DNA of 61,760 nucleotides, the filler included, from Streblomastix strix (Eukaryota): the NCBI GenBank assembly GCA_008636045.1. It is 3 parts of 3 records of this genome, joined end to end, with 100 filler letters (N's around TTAATTAATTAA, not from the genome) between each part and the next. Parts side by side here need not be neighbours in the genome. Positions count along the whole stretch, not along the records: positions 20,667 to 41,225 come from SNRW01000430.1; positions 41,326 to 61,760 come from SNRW01000433.1; 1 more part is not named here. One strand, given 5' to 3'. The notes beneath the pieces were generated by a model. It did not search any database. It worked only from the letters and a program-made list of their open reading frames with translations, and was not told the origin of the DNA. A program made the translations under genes and the position numbers. Shown here piece by piece: positions 35,252-48,700 of this stretch. The first letter of the stretch is position 1. Every line of letters begins with the position of its first letter.

Positions 35252-38200
35252 ATGAGTTCACTCTCTCCGGAGAAGGAAGAATTGATAAGGTAAGATTAGA
35301 ATGCAATTTCTCAGCAGCTTGGCTTATAGGTTAATTATACTTCCTTATTGTAAATAATATAACTGTATTTTATTTTATTATGCGAAGAACCCATCACCGT
35401 TGGGAGCCGGAGCGTGGGGCCGTGTTTATCGTGCATAGGATTTATATGGTTTATTTATTAGCTTTATTATAATCTTTACAATATTCAATATTTTCTTTTC
35501 TTAATTGCACTTAATATTCTTTTTTATTTTATTTAATATATTCTTTTTTTAATATATTCTTTTCTTTATTTTATTTAATATATTATTTTCAGGGTAATTG
35601 TTGGCTATCAAAGTACAGAAATTGGAAGAGTATTTAGACTCCGAATTTGCCGCTGCAGGCATTCTTGAGAATATACCAACACCATATTTTGTAAAAACAT
35701 TTGGAAAAAAGGAGTTAGGAGACAGAGTATTCATAGCGATGGTTTGTTTTATATCACTTTTTTTTATATATATTATCTTTTTAACTTTCTTGTCTTTTAT
35801 TTTCTTTTTTTCTTCTCTCAGGAGTACGCTGACATGGGTGTTTGCTTTATTCAATTTCATTTTTATATTTTTGATAATTCCTTTCGTACACCATGTTTAG
35901 TCTTTAGAAAAAACAACTGATGCATGTCTTATGCCGAGAGTAAGTATTTTGGGTTTATAATAATTTCTTTTATGATCTAAAATGCTTGAATTTTACTATT
36001 TTTTGTATTATTCTTTTAATTTACTAGTTATTATTGCTCATGATCTCTGTATGAATATTTTTTGGTTATTATTCATTATATTTCTTAAAATATATAATAT
36101 TTAGTGGAATTTCTTTCTCACCTTCATCGTAACTTTCTTGTTCATTGGTTTTTTTATTACTTTGCTGTATTATTTTTATTTTTATTTTTATCAAATTTTA
36201 TTCTGACAGTAATATCAAGCCTTCAAATATTGTATTAGCTCAAGTGGAATATACCGACAACTTCATTCCAAAGATGTGCGATTTTGGTGAGAGTGCAGGA
36301 ATGGAAATGATGAAAACTTCGTTAGACATTGGAGGGTATACTATATATTAATATTAATATATATTTCATTGAATTGATTGTTTATTTTTCTTAATTTCCT
36401 AATATTTAGATCTCCATTCTTCCATCCGCCTGAAGTTAGAAACAAGAAGGGTAATTACGATGGCGGAGTTGATATATGGGGATTAGGAATTGTACTTTAC
36501 TTGCTGGCAACTGGGAAGTATTTTACAATTCAAATTTATTTTATAATAAAGAAAATAAATTAATTTATATTTATCTTATTTTTATTCTTATTCTCAGGAG
36601 TATGAATCATCCACGTGCATTCTTTGCGTTACGATAATATGGGTTAGTTCTCCCTTCTGATCTTTAGATGATTACAGAACCTCCAACTCCAATGCCTCAT
36701 GTTAAATGTTTGAGAAATTCAAGTTAATATTATCAGAAAACCGTTACTTAATTTTTATTATATTTTTTTTATTTAATTATTCTTATTTTTATATTTTTTT
36801 AATAGAGTAAGAATTGAATATATTTTAATAAGATCTATTGCTTGATAAAAATGGAGTTCATTTGAAAGTATATATATTTGAGAATTATTCCATTTTATTT
36901 AAAATTGAATTAAAATATATTTTTTATTTCAATCTTCAATCATACTTTTTATTATTATATAGGATACAATGGGTAAGGATTTTCTTCAGCTGCTTAGTTT
37001 GATGTTAACTGTCGACCCAGTATTAATATGAATTAATAATAACAATTAATTAATAGAATTAATTTATTAATATTTAATTATTTTATTCATTCAGACAAAG
37101 AGACCTACAGCTGCTCAACTGCTCATGCATCCAGTCTTTACAATGGCTGATAATAATATAACCAGCATACCCATTTCTTATGCAAATGAATTGGGAATAT
37201 AAAGTATTTATTATTATTATATTTTTTATTAATAAATAAATTAATTAATTTTATTATTATTATTTCTTCCATTTCAAATTTAAAGTTGATTTGAGGAGTC
37301 AACTTGTTTCTGCTCGTGTTAGACCTGTATTCATCCATTTATTCTTTTTTATAAAAAAATAATTTTATTTTTATTCTATAAAATAAAAGGGAATCTAAAT
37401 TTCTAAAATTCAATTAGAAAAACAAGTCACATTGAATGGTTTGCAAATAATAAATTTTTTTATAAACAATAAATTTTCACCATTAATGTATTATTTTTTT
37501 CATTTTAGAGCGTTTAAATCAAGAATAAGCAGCAATACGACAGCAATTTGGATTGGAAGTTGATGAAATAATTGCAAAATTAATGATGTATAATTAAAAT
37601 TATTATATTATTATTATTATTAAGTATATATTATTTTTTAGAAATGATGCCTTTGCCAACTTCGCAACAATTGAAGACTTATATGCAAAATTATAAGAAT
37701 ATGAAGATTAACAACTACATTTTATGATATCCAAAGATATTATCCAAGCTTTGACTAATGCTACAATACGATGCATCTTTGATTTTGCTCCCAATACTCC
37801 ACTTACACAATCTGGATAATCTTTCTATCGTAATAAGAGTCAAAATTATATTGAATCAGATTAGAGAGCTAAGATATTGTTAATTCGTTCTCATTACAGT
37901 TATATGATTGCAATATTCGTAGATATTCAAACTAAGTTCAAACGTGGAAGAGAACGTGTTAAATAAATCTTTGCAGATACAGTACTTTAGGAACTACTTG
38001 TGAGTTTCCTTGAACCTATATATAACATTTAAAAAGAATTTCTTGAAGCTTTGGATAATACAATTCCATTCTTTGCCCCAGAACAAGTGAGAGATCTTGT
38101 AAAAAGTAAAGAATTGATTCTTTATTTGAGTTAAGCAGCTGTAATGTTTTCTAAAGTCAAACCAGATATCACGAATTTAGCTATTAAAATTCTTGCTGCA

Positions 38201-40929
38201 GTTGCCAAACATGGAATCAAACTTGGTGAAGGAGCATAATCATTTAGTGTAACTTCAGATAATTTTGTATTATTATTATAGCAAGCTGAAAGTGGAGGCA
38301 AAGTTGATATTACTGAAACAAAAGAGCATCCGTTCAAATAATATTTTGAGAGGAGCGGATCAACAGCAAATATTGCATTAATATTCAATCAAACAATAGA
38401 AAAACTTGAATAATATAAAATATAGAGGGATTATGTAGCCAAAGGTGGACCAAACAATTCATCAATCTACCGCGATCCAAAAGTTGACATGACACTTAAG
38501 TTAACTGATGGATCTGATCCTGAAAATCCTGAAGAGTAACTTCTCTACACACGTTTGGCTTCATCTGCTTGTATTGTGCTATTTCACAATGGCAGTAAGC
38601 TACAGACCATTCATCAAAGAGTGATTGAAGTTCTTATTGAAGAGATTTTTCCTCCAAGACTCGAATAGTCATTGAAAGATATTAACTTATCCCCCGAACA
38701 CAAAGAAATGATGGAAAAGAGACTAAATGATGCCAGTATAGCAATTATTGCCCTCGGATACTTACTCCATCTTCCGGGTATATTATTCCTCTTCTATAAA
38801 ATATTGAAATATTTATTTATTTATATATCAGCAAATTACGTGTTTGGGGATAAAAATTCTATTACTGGAAACATTTAGAAATTCCTTATGCTTAGCGAAA
38901 TGTATCCTGAAGCGTATGCATTATTATTAATTTATGATATTAAATTTATTTTATTTATTCCTTTACAATAAAGTGATGTGGTTCATGCACTAAGTCTTTT
39001 GTCAGTGCTTGCAAGGAGCACTCCAAATGATTAAGTTATTGCGGCAATTAATTCCGTCATGATTAGTCCTGAAGTTGCAAAGATTCGCCAATTACAAGTT
39101 CAGCGAAAAGAAGTTGATGTGATTGAGAAGTTGAATATCCTTGAAATAGTACTTACTAAGTTTGGCTACAAATAATAGAAATAGGAACTGCCATCATTAG
39201 GATCAAATTATGGATCAGGAATATCATAAACATTTTCACAAGTTCAAAGAACTCTCCCACCTCAATAATTGATAAATCAATTTTAAATTCTTCAACCATC
39301 ACTGATTTCATCTATACCTTCCTCTTCATAAACACGTCCACTATATGATAAAACTAACTCTGATATTAATAAACCTAATTAATCACAATTGATATAAGAT
39401 TTATAAGCATTGAATTCTCAATTAACTTAAACTACATCAATACCTTCTTCAACAACTTCATCTTTTATCTAATAATTATCTCTAATTCCAAACTTCAATA
39501 TGAAATGGAAGAAATCAAATTGTATGAATATAATTGTTTAATTTTTAATCATATTTATTTTTAAACTTCAGTTTAGAGAATGGAAAGACTTGGCAAAGGT
39601 GGATTTGGAGAAGTATGGAAAGCTAAAGTTATATCATCTGGATAGCTTGTTGCATATAAAGAACTTGCTTATTACTCAGACGAGGAAAAATAAATGGTTA
39701 ATAAAGAAATTACTATAATGTTAGATATTTACTAGATTTTACATAAGGCTTTTCCTTCTTCATTTCTTCATGTTGTTGAACCGTTGGGTTTCTTTGTTGA
39801 AGATGAAGAATTCAAAGCTTATCTTGTGTTGGAATGCTGTTCTAATGGTGATTTGCGTCAATATATTAATTAAATGATGAAAATGGGAGTTGAGATCAGT
39901 GATAAAGTATAATTGAAATTTAGTAATAATAGTTTATTGAACTTATATTATAAACTTCATTTTTACTTATAATTTTATTATCATTAATAATCTTATATAT
40001 CAACAATGTAGAAAGCTTGGGAAATGGTTGGTTAGGTTATAGAGTCTCTTAATCAACTACATGCAAATGGAATAATACATGGGTTTACCAAAAAATATTA
40101 CTATAAATAATCTTATTTACATTTATTGATATTTTATTAATATTTTCAGAGATATGAAACCTGAGAATATCCTTCTAACTGAAGACTTTGAAGTGAAATT
40201 GGGTTTACTATTAAATATTTTTCCTTAATAGATTTATATTTGAAATTTGTAATTTAGCTGACTTTGGTTTGACTAAAAAGTTATAAGAGGGAAGAGAATA
40301 CATAACTGCTTTTGGAGGAACAACGTTTGATATTTTGTTTTCATATAATTGAATCTCATTTTTCATTATTATAATATACTATTAAGTCGCTATCTTTCTC
40401 CTGAACTTCAAAAAGCAGATGAACCACAATAAAATGGAAAGTCTTAACAGTTTGCATAAAAAATTCCATATTTTCTATATATTTATTTTAAATTATACTT
40501 GAATTTATTTATCTATTAATCTCAATTTAAAGAAAACGAATGCAAACAAAAGCAGCAGATATTTGGGCTGTAGGGATTATGATGTACGAACTTTTAGCAA
40601 AAAGACATCCATTTTTCACAGATAAGGCATTTGATTTTTTAATTTTCACATTACTTATTATTTTTTATTTATAATAGGAGAAGAACATTTCACTTGGTGA
40701 ACTTGTCCTTCGTGTGACAACTATTAATCCTCCCGAGATTCCAACTCATTATCCCGAGAGTTTACGGAAGCTTATCAAAGGGATGCTGGAAAAAGTGTGA
40801 ATTTAATTATTTTTTCATTTCTTTATTATTACTCTATTTTATTTATTTAATAAGGATCCTTCTCGGCGTATTACTTCTGAGTAAATCCTAAAAGTTCCTG
40901 AAGTAGCAGAAAGTTTGAAGAAGGAATGA
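35252..40929 (+). CDS. Multi-exon protein with an N-terminal kinase-like domain, an ARM-like helical middle and a C-terminal NEK-like Ser/Thr kinase
   Basis: Domain 1: LGAGAWGRV, LAIK, HCNIKPSN, DFG, HPPE, DIWGLG. Domain 2: LGKGGFGEVW, VAYK, HGDMKPEN, DFG, YLSPE, DIWAVG, DPSRR; TGA 40927-40929. Confidence 0.85.
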
Positions 40930-41225
40930 ACAATTAACAATCGCTAATGTGAATTCATATCAATACATTCTTTATCTTTAACTTCTTCATCATATCTTAA
41001 TCTATTCATTAACCACTTTTTCCTCATTTCACAGAATTCATTCATATCCATCAACTTTTCTCAATTCAAGTAATAGCGTTATTGAATAAATAAATCTGAC
41101 AATAAAAATATTGACATTTTTGTTTTTAATTATTGTTATATTTTCTATAATTTTCTTTCAAATTTGTTGTTTGGTATTAATTTGATGTTAAATTATATTA
41201 ACTACTGAACCATGGCTGAAATATA

Positions 41226-41325
41226 NNNNNNNNNNNNNNNNNNNNNNNNNNNNNNNNNNNNNNNNNNNNTTAATTAATTAANNNNNNNNNNNNNNNNNNN
41301 NNNNNNNNNNNNNNNNNNNNNNNNN
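41226..41325. other. Artificial contig linker
   Basis: N-run + ttaattaattaa + N-run. Confidence 0.95.
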
Positions 41326-43877
41326 TCCTCAATAATTGGTTTCATTATTTCATGGAACCTTTCAATTACTTCCAATAACCCCGCATATTGTTGTAATTTT
41401 TGTTTTTTTGGTTCTGGTTCCATTTCCTTGTATCCTCGTGGATCTCCGGGAGGATTTGTCCTTAATATAGCTAATGACTCTTCTAATGAGGGTGATGATG
41501 ATTGTTGTTGTGGGTGTGGTGAAGAAGGTTTGTGAGGTGAATTGTGCTATGGACTTATGTAATTTAGGTCTATGTTTTGGTTTGCTTGAGTATTCTAGTC
41601 AGATTGTATGTGTGAAATGGTATTTCTTAATTCTGAACGCCTTTCTATTTAGTTTTCATTTACTTCTGGATTCTTTTCCATTTGTGATTGTTGTGGTTGG
41701 AATTGTTATTGGTTCTTAGCCAATTGTTGCTTATCAAATACGATCTATCTCTACTTCTCCATTTATCTGTGGCGTTCATCATCCTCCAACCAATCTTCAT
41801 CTCCATCGGTTCACGGAATCTCCTTGTTTCCTTTCACTGTCCAATCTTCTTATATTTCTTAGCTGCTACTGCTACTGCTACTACTGCTGCTACTACTACT
41901 CTGTTTCTTTTTCGTTTCTGCCACAAAGAATTATTCATCTAATCTCGGCCTTTTCAATCCTTTCCCATTGTCTATTGCCTATTACTTCTCTCTTTCATAT
42001 ATCCTGATAGATTCATTTCTCCTGGACTTGTCGTGAGGACTTTGAGACTTGTACTATTTTGACAGATAGTGTGGTATGTTGATCTATTCCAATGAAAAGC
42101 CTGCATCTGACCAGAACTCTCTCCAATCTCTAAATGTGAAGGGTTTCTGAGTTGCCAGTTTGCTGTGCCACTTCGAGTTCTTGTATTTGATCACACTTGG
42201 ATCTCTTACTAAATCATATCCCTTGTTTTACCATGTTCTTTGTGCTGTTTCTATGTCCTTCATGTGCGGTGGTAAGTGTGGCATTGTCATTTCCGGTATT
42301 ATTACATCCAGAAACTCATCATCCTCCGATTCATCTGCTTTTTTATGTGGTGGAGATATTGATCTCTAACTCTGTCTTTACTATTAATTCCTCTCTGTAG
42401 TGTAGGGTAGCAGCGGTATTCGAGGAGTCTGTTGTTGCGGATATGCCGGAATTGGTGGAATCAACATATTGTGTACACTTCTGCTTGATGTTGTACCTTG
42501 TCGTGATCTCTCAACTGTTTATATTGCAGATTGTTCCATCTATTAACTTGGTTAACCTATACTCTGTTACTTTCCTACCGTTTCATTGTTAGGTAGTCGA
42601 GGTTCACTCATTTGTGTTTACGGTGGGTTCACCGTTGGTAAAAACGGATTTGGTAGTCGGATATTTGGGAACTGAACTGGTTAAATTCGGTATTGCATTG
42701 GTTGGCCGGAGTATTGGAAAGGGTATTGTGGTGGTTACTATCCCTATATCTACTGTTGAGGGGGTTGGTTGTAAAATGGATTCAGTGGTGCGTATGGATT
42801 CAGGCTTTGCTGTTATAATTGACTCAATAGTGTTAAAAACGCAGTCAGTTGGGTTTCTGGTGTCGGTTTTCTAATTAGATCCTGAGCCCATTCTGGTGGC
42901 ATTATCTCCGGCTTGCTCCTAATCATGTCTATGACTTACTGCGCGGTCAGTTTCTTCAGCTCCTAGTCTAGTTCCCCTGTGAACCCTCCAATTCTCGTTA
43001 ATAACGTATCTACAGAAGCCGGATGTGCTCCATCTGTCTGGGGCAGTGCTCGTAGTGACCTCAGCATTTAATTATTGTACGCTGGACGTATTACTGGTGA
43101 CGGTTACGTTTTCAGCAGGTTCCCTTGCTCTGTCGTGTCCATCAGCGCTCGCATCATATTCACCTTGTAAATCATGTCGTATATGCTTATGAACGTGCAC
43201 AAATTGAATTTCAGAGTTGCTAACCAGTCTCGTTTTACGATCTATGTCAGTGTTCCCTATAGTAATCTGTACTGTTGCAGCAATTTCGTTTCTAGATCTA
43301 CGAGAACCTGGTCAAAAGCGAGCATCGGTTGCGCTGGTGGATTATTGTGTTTCGGCGGCTTTCTGCGCGTTACCAAGTTCGTGGCTGCTCTTGCGCATTG
43401 TCTAGCCTCTATCACTTGCTCTTCTGACGGTTCTTCCGTGTAAAAATCGATTTGCGACGCTTCCTGTCCAGATAGCCCTGCCAAGAGCACCCGTGCTGCT
43501 GTTATCGCGTTCGTCGGTACCTTTTCTGGTGTCGCTATTGTCTAGTCAGGGTCTAGTGGATCTATTTCCAAGTTCTAGTGGAACGCGTTCACAAACGTCG
43601 GTTGCGGCTGCGCGGCGACCTGCAGCGGGTTTTGCGGTACTAAATTCGCGTAATTCGGTGTCTAGTATGAATCCCGGCTAATTGGTCGTCTGTTGGTTTA
43701 TTTAGTCCTGCGCTACATCCTTTCTTTTGCAGTTTTTAAAATGGCCACCCCATTGTAAACGTTGTTTTGGGAATGGCCAGAAGAATCACTTCAAATAGTT
43801 GATGGCAATCACTCAATAAAGGTGAAGTTGTTGAATATGATATATACACTCCTCAATTGCCAAAGTGGGACTATTGG
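41326..43877 (-). mobile_element. 5' part (gag-like ORF) of a second DIRS-like retroelement, cut by the contig start
   Basis: GC-richer intronless ORF MGWPFLK from 43753 with Q/P/R-rich segments. Shares the ctttattgag leader and MxWPF start with the 29681-34685 element; no RT in view. Confidence 0.6.
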
Positions 43878-43879
43878 TA

Positions 43880-45531
43880 CAGTCAGTCCGCAGTTCCTGG
43901 AAAAGTGGAAATTTTTCCATTTTTTTTGACATAATACCACCGCAATAAAGTTAAAATATCTTCAAAGCCACAGTTTTAATCATGATGATTTTTTGTATTT
44001 TTATTAAACACATAATATAGATTCAAATAATACTGAAATGCACTCACTCATCTTTTAGAAGGTCGCAATTTAGCACGCCAAAGTCAGATTGTTTGTATTT
44101 TCGTATGACTCTAGTTCCGATTTATTTTGACAATATATTATCTTTTTCGCATTATTTAATGATTGCATCAAACTTTTATTCGTTAATCTTTGTTCTCCAA
44201 GGCCATGCTGTTGCGTCCCGCTCGATTCCTCCTTTTTGCCAACTGTTGACGAGCGTTTCCAGACAAACTGACATTTAGTAAGCACTTGCAGACAGTTGTA
44301 GTAGCTCTGCCAAAGTGTCATGATGATAATTTCGTCTCAATTATTGAAAATGTTCTTTATAAGTGCCAAATACGCCAAGATCAAGTACTTACAAATAATG
44401 CGTGGAATTTGGGAGAGTCATGATTAGTGCAATATTGTTATCTGCTAAAATTTATAATACCTCATGATTAACGTGGCATTTGCAACCATCAGAAATTATG
44501 AAACCTCGTTAATTCGGTAGATTATACTCATTTCTCAAATATTAGAAATGCGGAATCAGAAGTTCGCGAACGATGAGTTTGAATACTTCCAGGGTCATAT
44601 TACCATTTTCCGTTGAGTAATAGTAGCAATTAAAATTCTTCCGAAGGCCCCTGTTAATTAATTATTGTTCATCAAAGCCTTACTTCAGCAAAAAAATTGG
44701 ATTGAAAAATTCCATTGACAACGAAATAACCGCGAGAAGGCTAAAGTGCGGCTCGCTCCTATCTGCTGGCATGTGTGCAGGTACATCAGCAACCCCTTTC
44801 GGAACAATTATTGGTTATGGACGAGTATCGTGATACGCTTGGTAACCAGTTTCATCAAGTTACAAAATGAATGCACAAATTACGCCCAAAATCCAAATTT
44901 TAAGAACTTCTATATAGCTACGAATATCTTATATTTTCACATTCATTCTCTTTTCATCTCTTTTTTTTGCAATTTACATTTCCAGTTCATTGTCATGTCT
45001 ATCGAGGAAGCTCTGGTGAAAACTACGCCCAACGCTATGGCCGGCTTTTTGTTCCACTATCCCTCTTAATGTTTGTGGTGAAACTATCTTTCCATCTTTG
45101 TACTATTATTTAATTTCTTCGCAGACTTCCTCCTCTTCGCTTGATTCGAGAGTCATGCTTTTTTTTCTTGAAGATTTTGTTGCAAGGCGATTATTTCTGG
45201 CCTTGGAGACCAATGGCTCGTTACAACTGACGATTCCAGCTATTTCAGCGTTAGTCAATCTAGAAATTACTTTTCTTTCCTCCAATAAAAATAGTTTGCG
45301 TACAAATTATCTTTTTGTTTTTGGTTAGTCTTTCCTCATTTTCGCGTTTATAGAGTCAAAATCAAACTCTGATGTTACTTTATTTAAGCGTCACATACAC
45401 TGTTCGAAGTTGTATGATGGTTTACTCTTAGTTTTTGGCATCGATTCACTATAAATTGGCGATTTTCCAAGGGTAAATAGGGGGAAAAAAGAGAAAAAAT
45501 TTCCACTTTTCCAGGAACTGCGGACTGATTG
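43880..45531 (-). mobile_element. Tc1/mariner-superfamily (pogo-like) DNA transposon, apparently full length
   Basis: About 37-bp TIRs ca(g/a)tcagtccgcagttcctggaaaagtggaaattttt with one mismatch; TA at 43878-43879 and 45532-45533. Confidence 0.95.
44044..45441 (-). CDS. pogo-like DDD transposase, 465 codons, single in-frame TGA at codon 17
   Basis: LDETGYQ, STENGNMT, ISDGCKCH, PNSTHYLQVLDLGVFG; 1398 nt, no frameshift found. Confidence 0.88.
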
Positions 45532-45710
45532 TAACATTAAAATTTTTTATAAATTTTTGTAAATAATTTATATAAATATTTTCTATATTAGTTTATGAAC
45601 AATATTTAAGTTAATTCATTGAAATTTTATATAGTTTGAACAAAGCCAAAAATAAAAAAAATAAAGGTGCAATGGTTTTGGATTTTAGACAGACGCATTG
45701 CTCTATTAGT

Positions 45711-48700
45711 ATGTCAAAAACATCATGCCAAACATTTAACGCAATTATGAACAGTTTTTATTAATTTTAATATAAATATTTATACGTTTTTAAACTTGTT
45801 CGAAGGCAACAAATGGATCGAATATTTTTTTATTTCAATCCTCATTTTGACACAAATCACTTATTTTTCATTTTAATATTTTTATTATTCAGAAATGCAT
45901 AGTATTATTCCTATTGCATTTCGCAAGAAGAAGCTGAAAGGTTTGTCATACTAGAGTTTTTTTGGTTCTTTTAATTTTTTTTTCACATTTATTTTTATTA
46001 TTATTTAAGCAAATTAAGAAGGCATGCTCTATTTTTATTTTATCTATACACATTTTTTATTTATATTTATCACATTTAAATAATTAGATGGAGTATATAT
46101 TGGAGATTTGGTTGAAGAGCTATCAGAAGAGGAGATTGTCTAGGCTTTCAATAAATTTGGACAAGTGAGAGATATATAAATAGCAATGAACAAGAATAAA
46201 AATAGAAAACCAGTTTATATTTTTAATTTACCATTTTTTAATAGGATTTAATTGTCAATTTTTCTTATAGTATGGTTTTATTTGGTTCTACAAAGTCGAA
46301 GATCGAAATACTGTGTTGAGTTAATGTTCCAAAGACGGGATTGTATGACTATTTTATTCTTTTTATGACTCTTTATACTTTTTCTCATTTATTGAAGATG
46401 GTAAGAGGTCATAGATTAAGTGTTTCTGTTGCAGAGTAAAAAAAGACATTGTTAATAACAAATATTCCTCCAAATGGTACTAAATTGCAACTTTCTGATT
46501 ATTTGCTGTTTGAAAATTGATTATATAAATAATTATTTTAGTGCAAAAACATGAAATATTCATTTTTACATTAATAACAATAATATTTATTAATATTTAC
46601 TTTCGATGTGATTCTGTAATATTCAGTAATTTTGGCTAATTAGTTTCACTTGAATATGAATCGGGACAATCTTAGGCAATTGTGAAATATTAATAGCATG
46701 ATGATGCTGAAATGGCTCGAACAACAGGTATATTATATATTAACGTGTTTAAGAAAGGGTTATTATTGTTGTTTTATATTTTCTTGCCATTTTTTTTCAA
46801 ATTTCAATTATTTTTATAGGGGAACGTTTGCCTTTTTTGAACCAGTATCTTCAAATTGAATGGGCAGATACAGACCAAACGAATAATATTTTCGAGTTCA
46901 ATTTTGAGTTGACAACATCTCTTCTCCAAACACTCTAATCAATTCCACCTCCAACTCAGCCTTCTTCATAAACTTCTTCATATAAATCACTAACTTATTA
47001 TTCCCCTTCAAAATACTAACCTCAATAATCATTATAGTAGTAATAACAATTATACGTAAAATCGCATCTTGAAATAGCAATTAAAGATTAATTTAAGTAA
47101 TATGGTAATGTAGTCAAAGTATATGTGTGCCCAGTATGCACAGAAGAAGAGATTGAAGATCCATTATTGAAAACTGGGATGGTTTATTATGAAAAGAGAA
47201 AATAAGGAGAAGAGGTATAGTGAAATAATATATTGAATGCTTGAATTGTAATATTTTTATTTTTCTATTCCAAATATAATTATTTTTAGAACGCATTATT
47301 GGCTTAAGAAGGAATTATAAAAGACCCATTCTTGAAAATTAATAATGAGAAATTACAAATAAAAAACTGGATGATTGTAAAAAAAGGGGCAATGAAAAGT
47401 ATGATGTTGAATTTAGATTACTAAGGAAAGAATAAATATATAATAATTCAATAATAATAAATTGATTCTATTTAATCTTTAATTTTTTTCATTATGTATT
47501 AAATTTAGGATAATTAAAATCAAGGGACGATGATTTATATTCATACCAAGAAGGCAGATATTAATATGATTCAAGAAATATTAATCCGTATTACACTCAA
47601 TTAATTCCTTAATTACAATAAATATAATTGTAACAATATTAACAACAACAATAGTTACAATTTATATAAGCGTAATAATTATAGTAATAATTCCAATAGT
47701 AATAATAATATATTTTATAACCATAAATTCTATATTAATAATAAGGAAATCAAGAACTCAAGAACGAAGAGAAAATTGGAGAAGAATAAAGAGAAAATGA
47801 ATCAGAAATAGAAAGGAAAGGAGTAGAATCATAAGGAGTTGCATAAACATCAATTATCTTTTAGAATTCTTCTCAACCATCTTCCATTCCAACTTAATCT
47901 CCTTCACAATAACAACAGTTTGCTCATATACCAACTTACTATTAAAATTTAGGACCTCAATTAAATTAATTATTTCCTAATCCAAATGTCCCAGTTAATA
48001 ATCCTTTGATACCCCAGAATGTTTATATGTATCCAAATAATCCTTTGTATTAACCTCCAATATAAACTCCTATTTAACCATCAGTATATTAATAATCTCC
48101 TTTAATACCATTGGTTTATACAAACCCTATTTTGCCACTTCCTCAGAACCCATTAATTTCTCCTACATTTAATCCATAAGCAATATAACCTACTTAATCT
48201 TTATTACCTTCTCCCCCATCTATTTAAAGTATAACTTCATCTGTATAGAATAATCCAACTCCAGATTAATCTACTCCATAATCAGTATAAAGTGCTTATT
48301 AGCTTAATTAGAAATCTACTTCTATATTTATCCCTCAATCAGCGAAATCAAATCCACCTCCCGTTTAATCTACTCCTTCTTCTAATATAGAAATAGTTCC
48401 TTCACCATTAGTTCATCAAAATGAACAAATTAAACCAGAAAAAGAAATTAAATTGACTTCTTAAACTTCTTCTTCCACTTCATTATCTCCGACTAAGATT
48501 TTTAAACCAAAATATTATCAGAAGAATAAACAGATTGAAGTTGATTCTTAATCATAACCAACAAATTAATAAAATTAATTATAAAAATTAAATCCAAAAT
48601 CAGATGTGTTTATTCCATCACATAAGAGTACAACATTTGTTTCACAACATATACTAAGTCATGCATAAACCAAAATTATAGAGAAAGAAGAATATAATGA

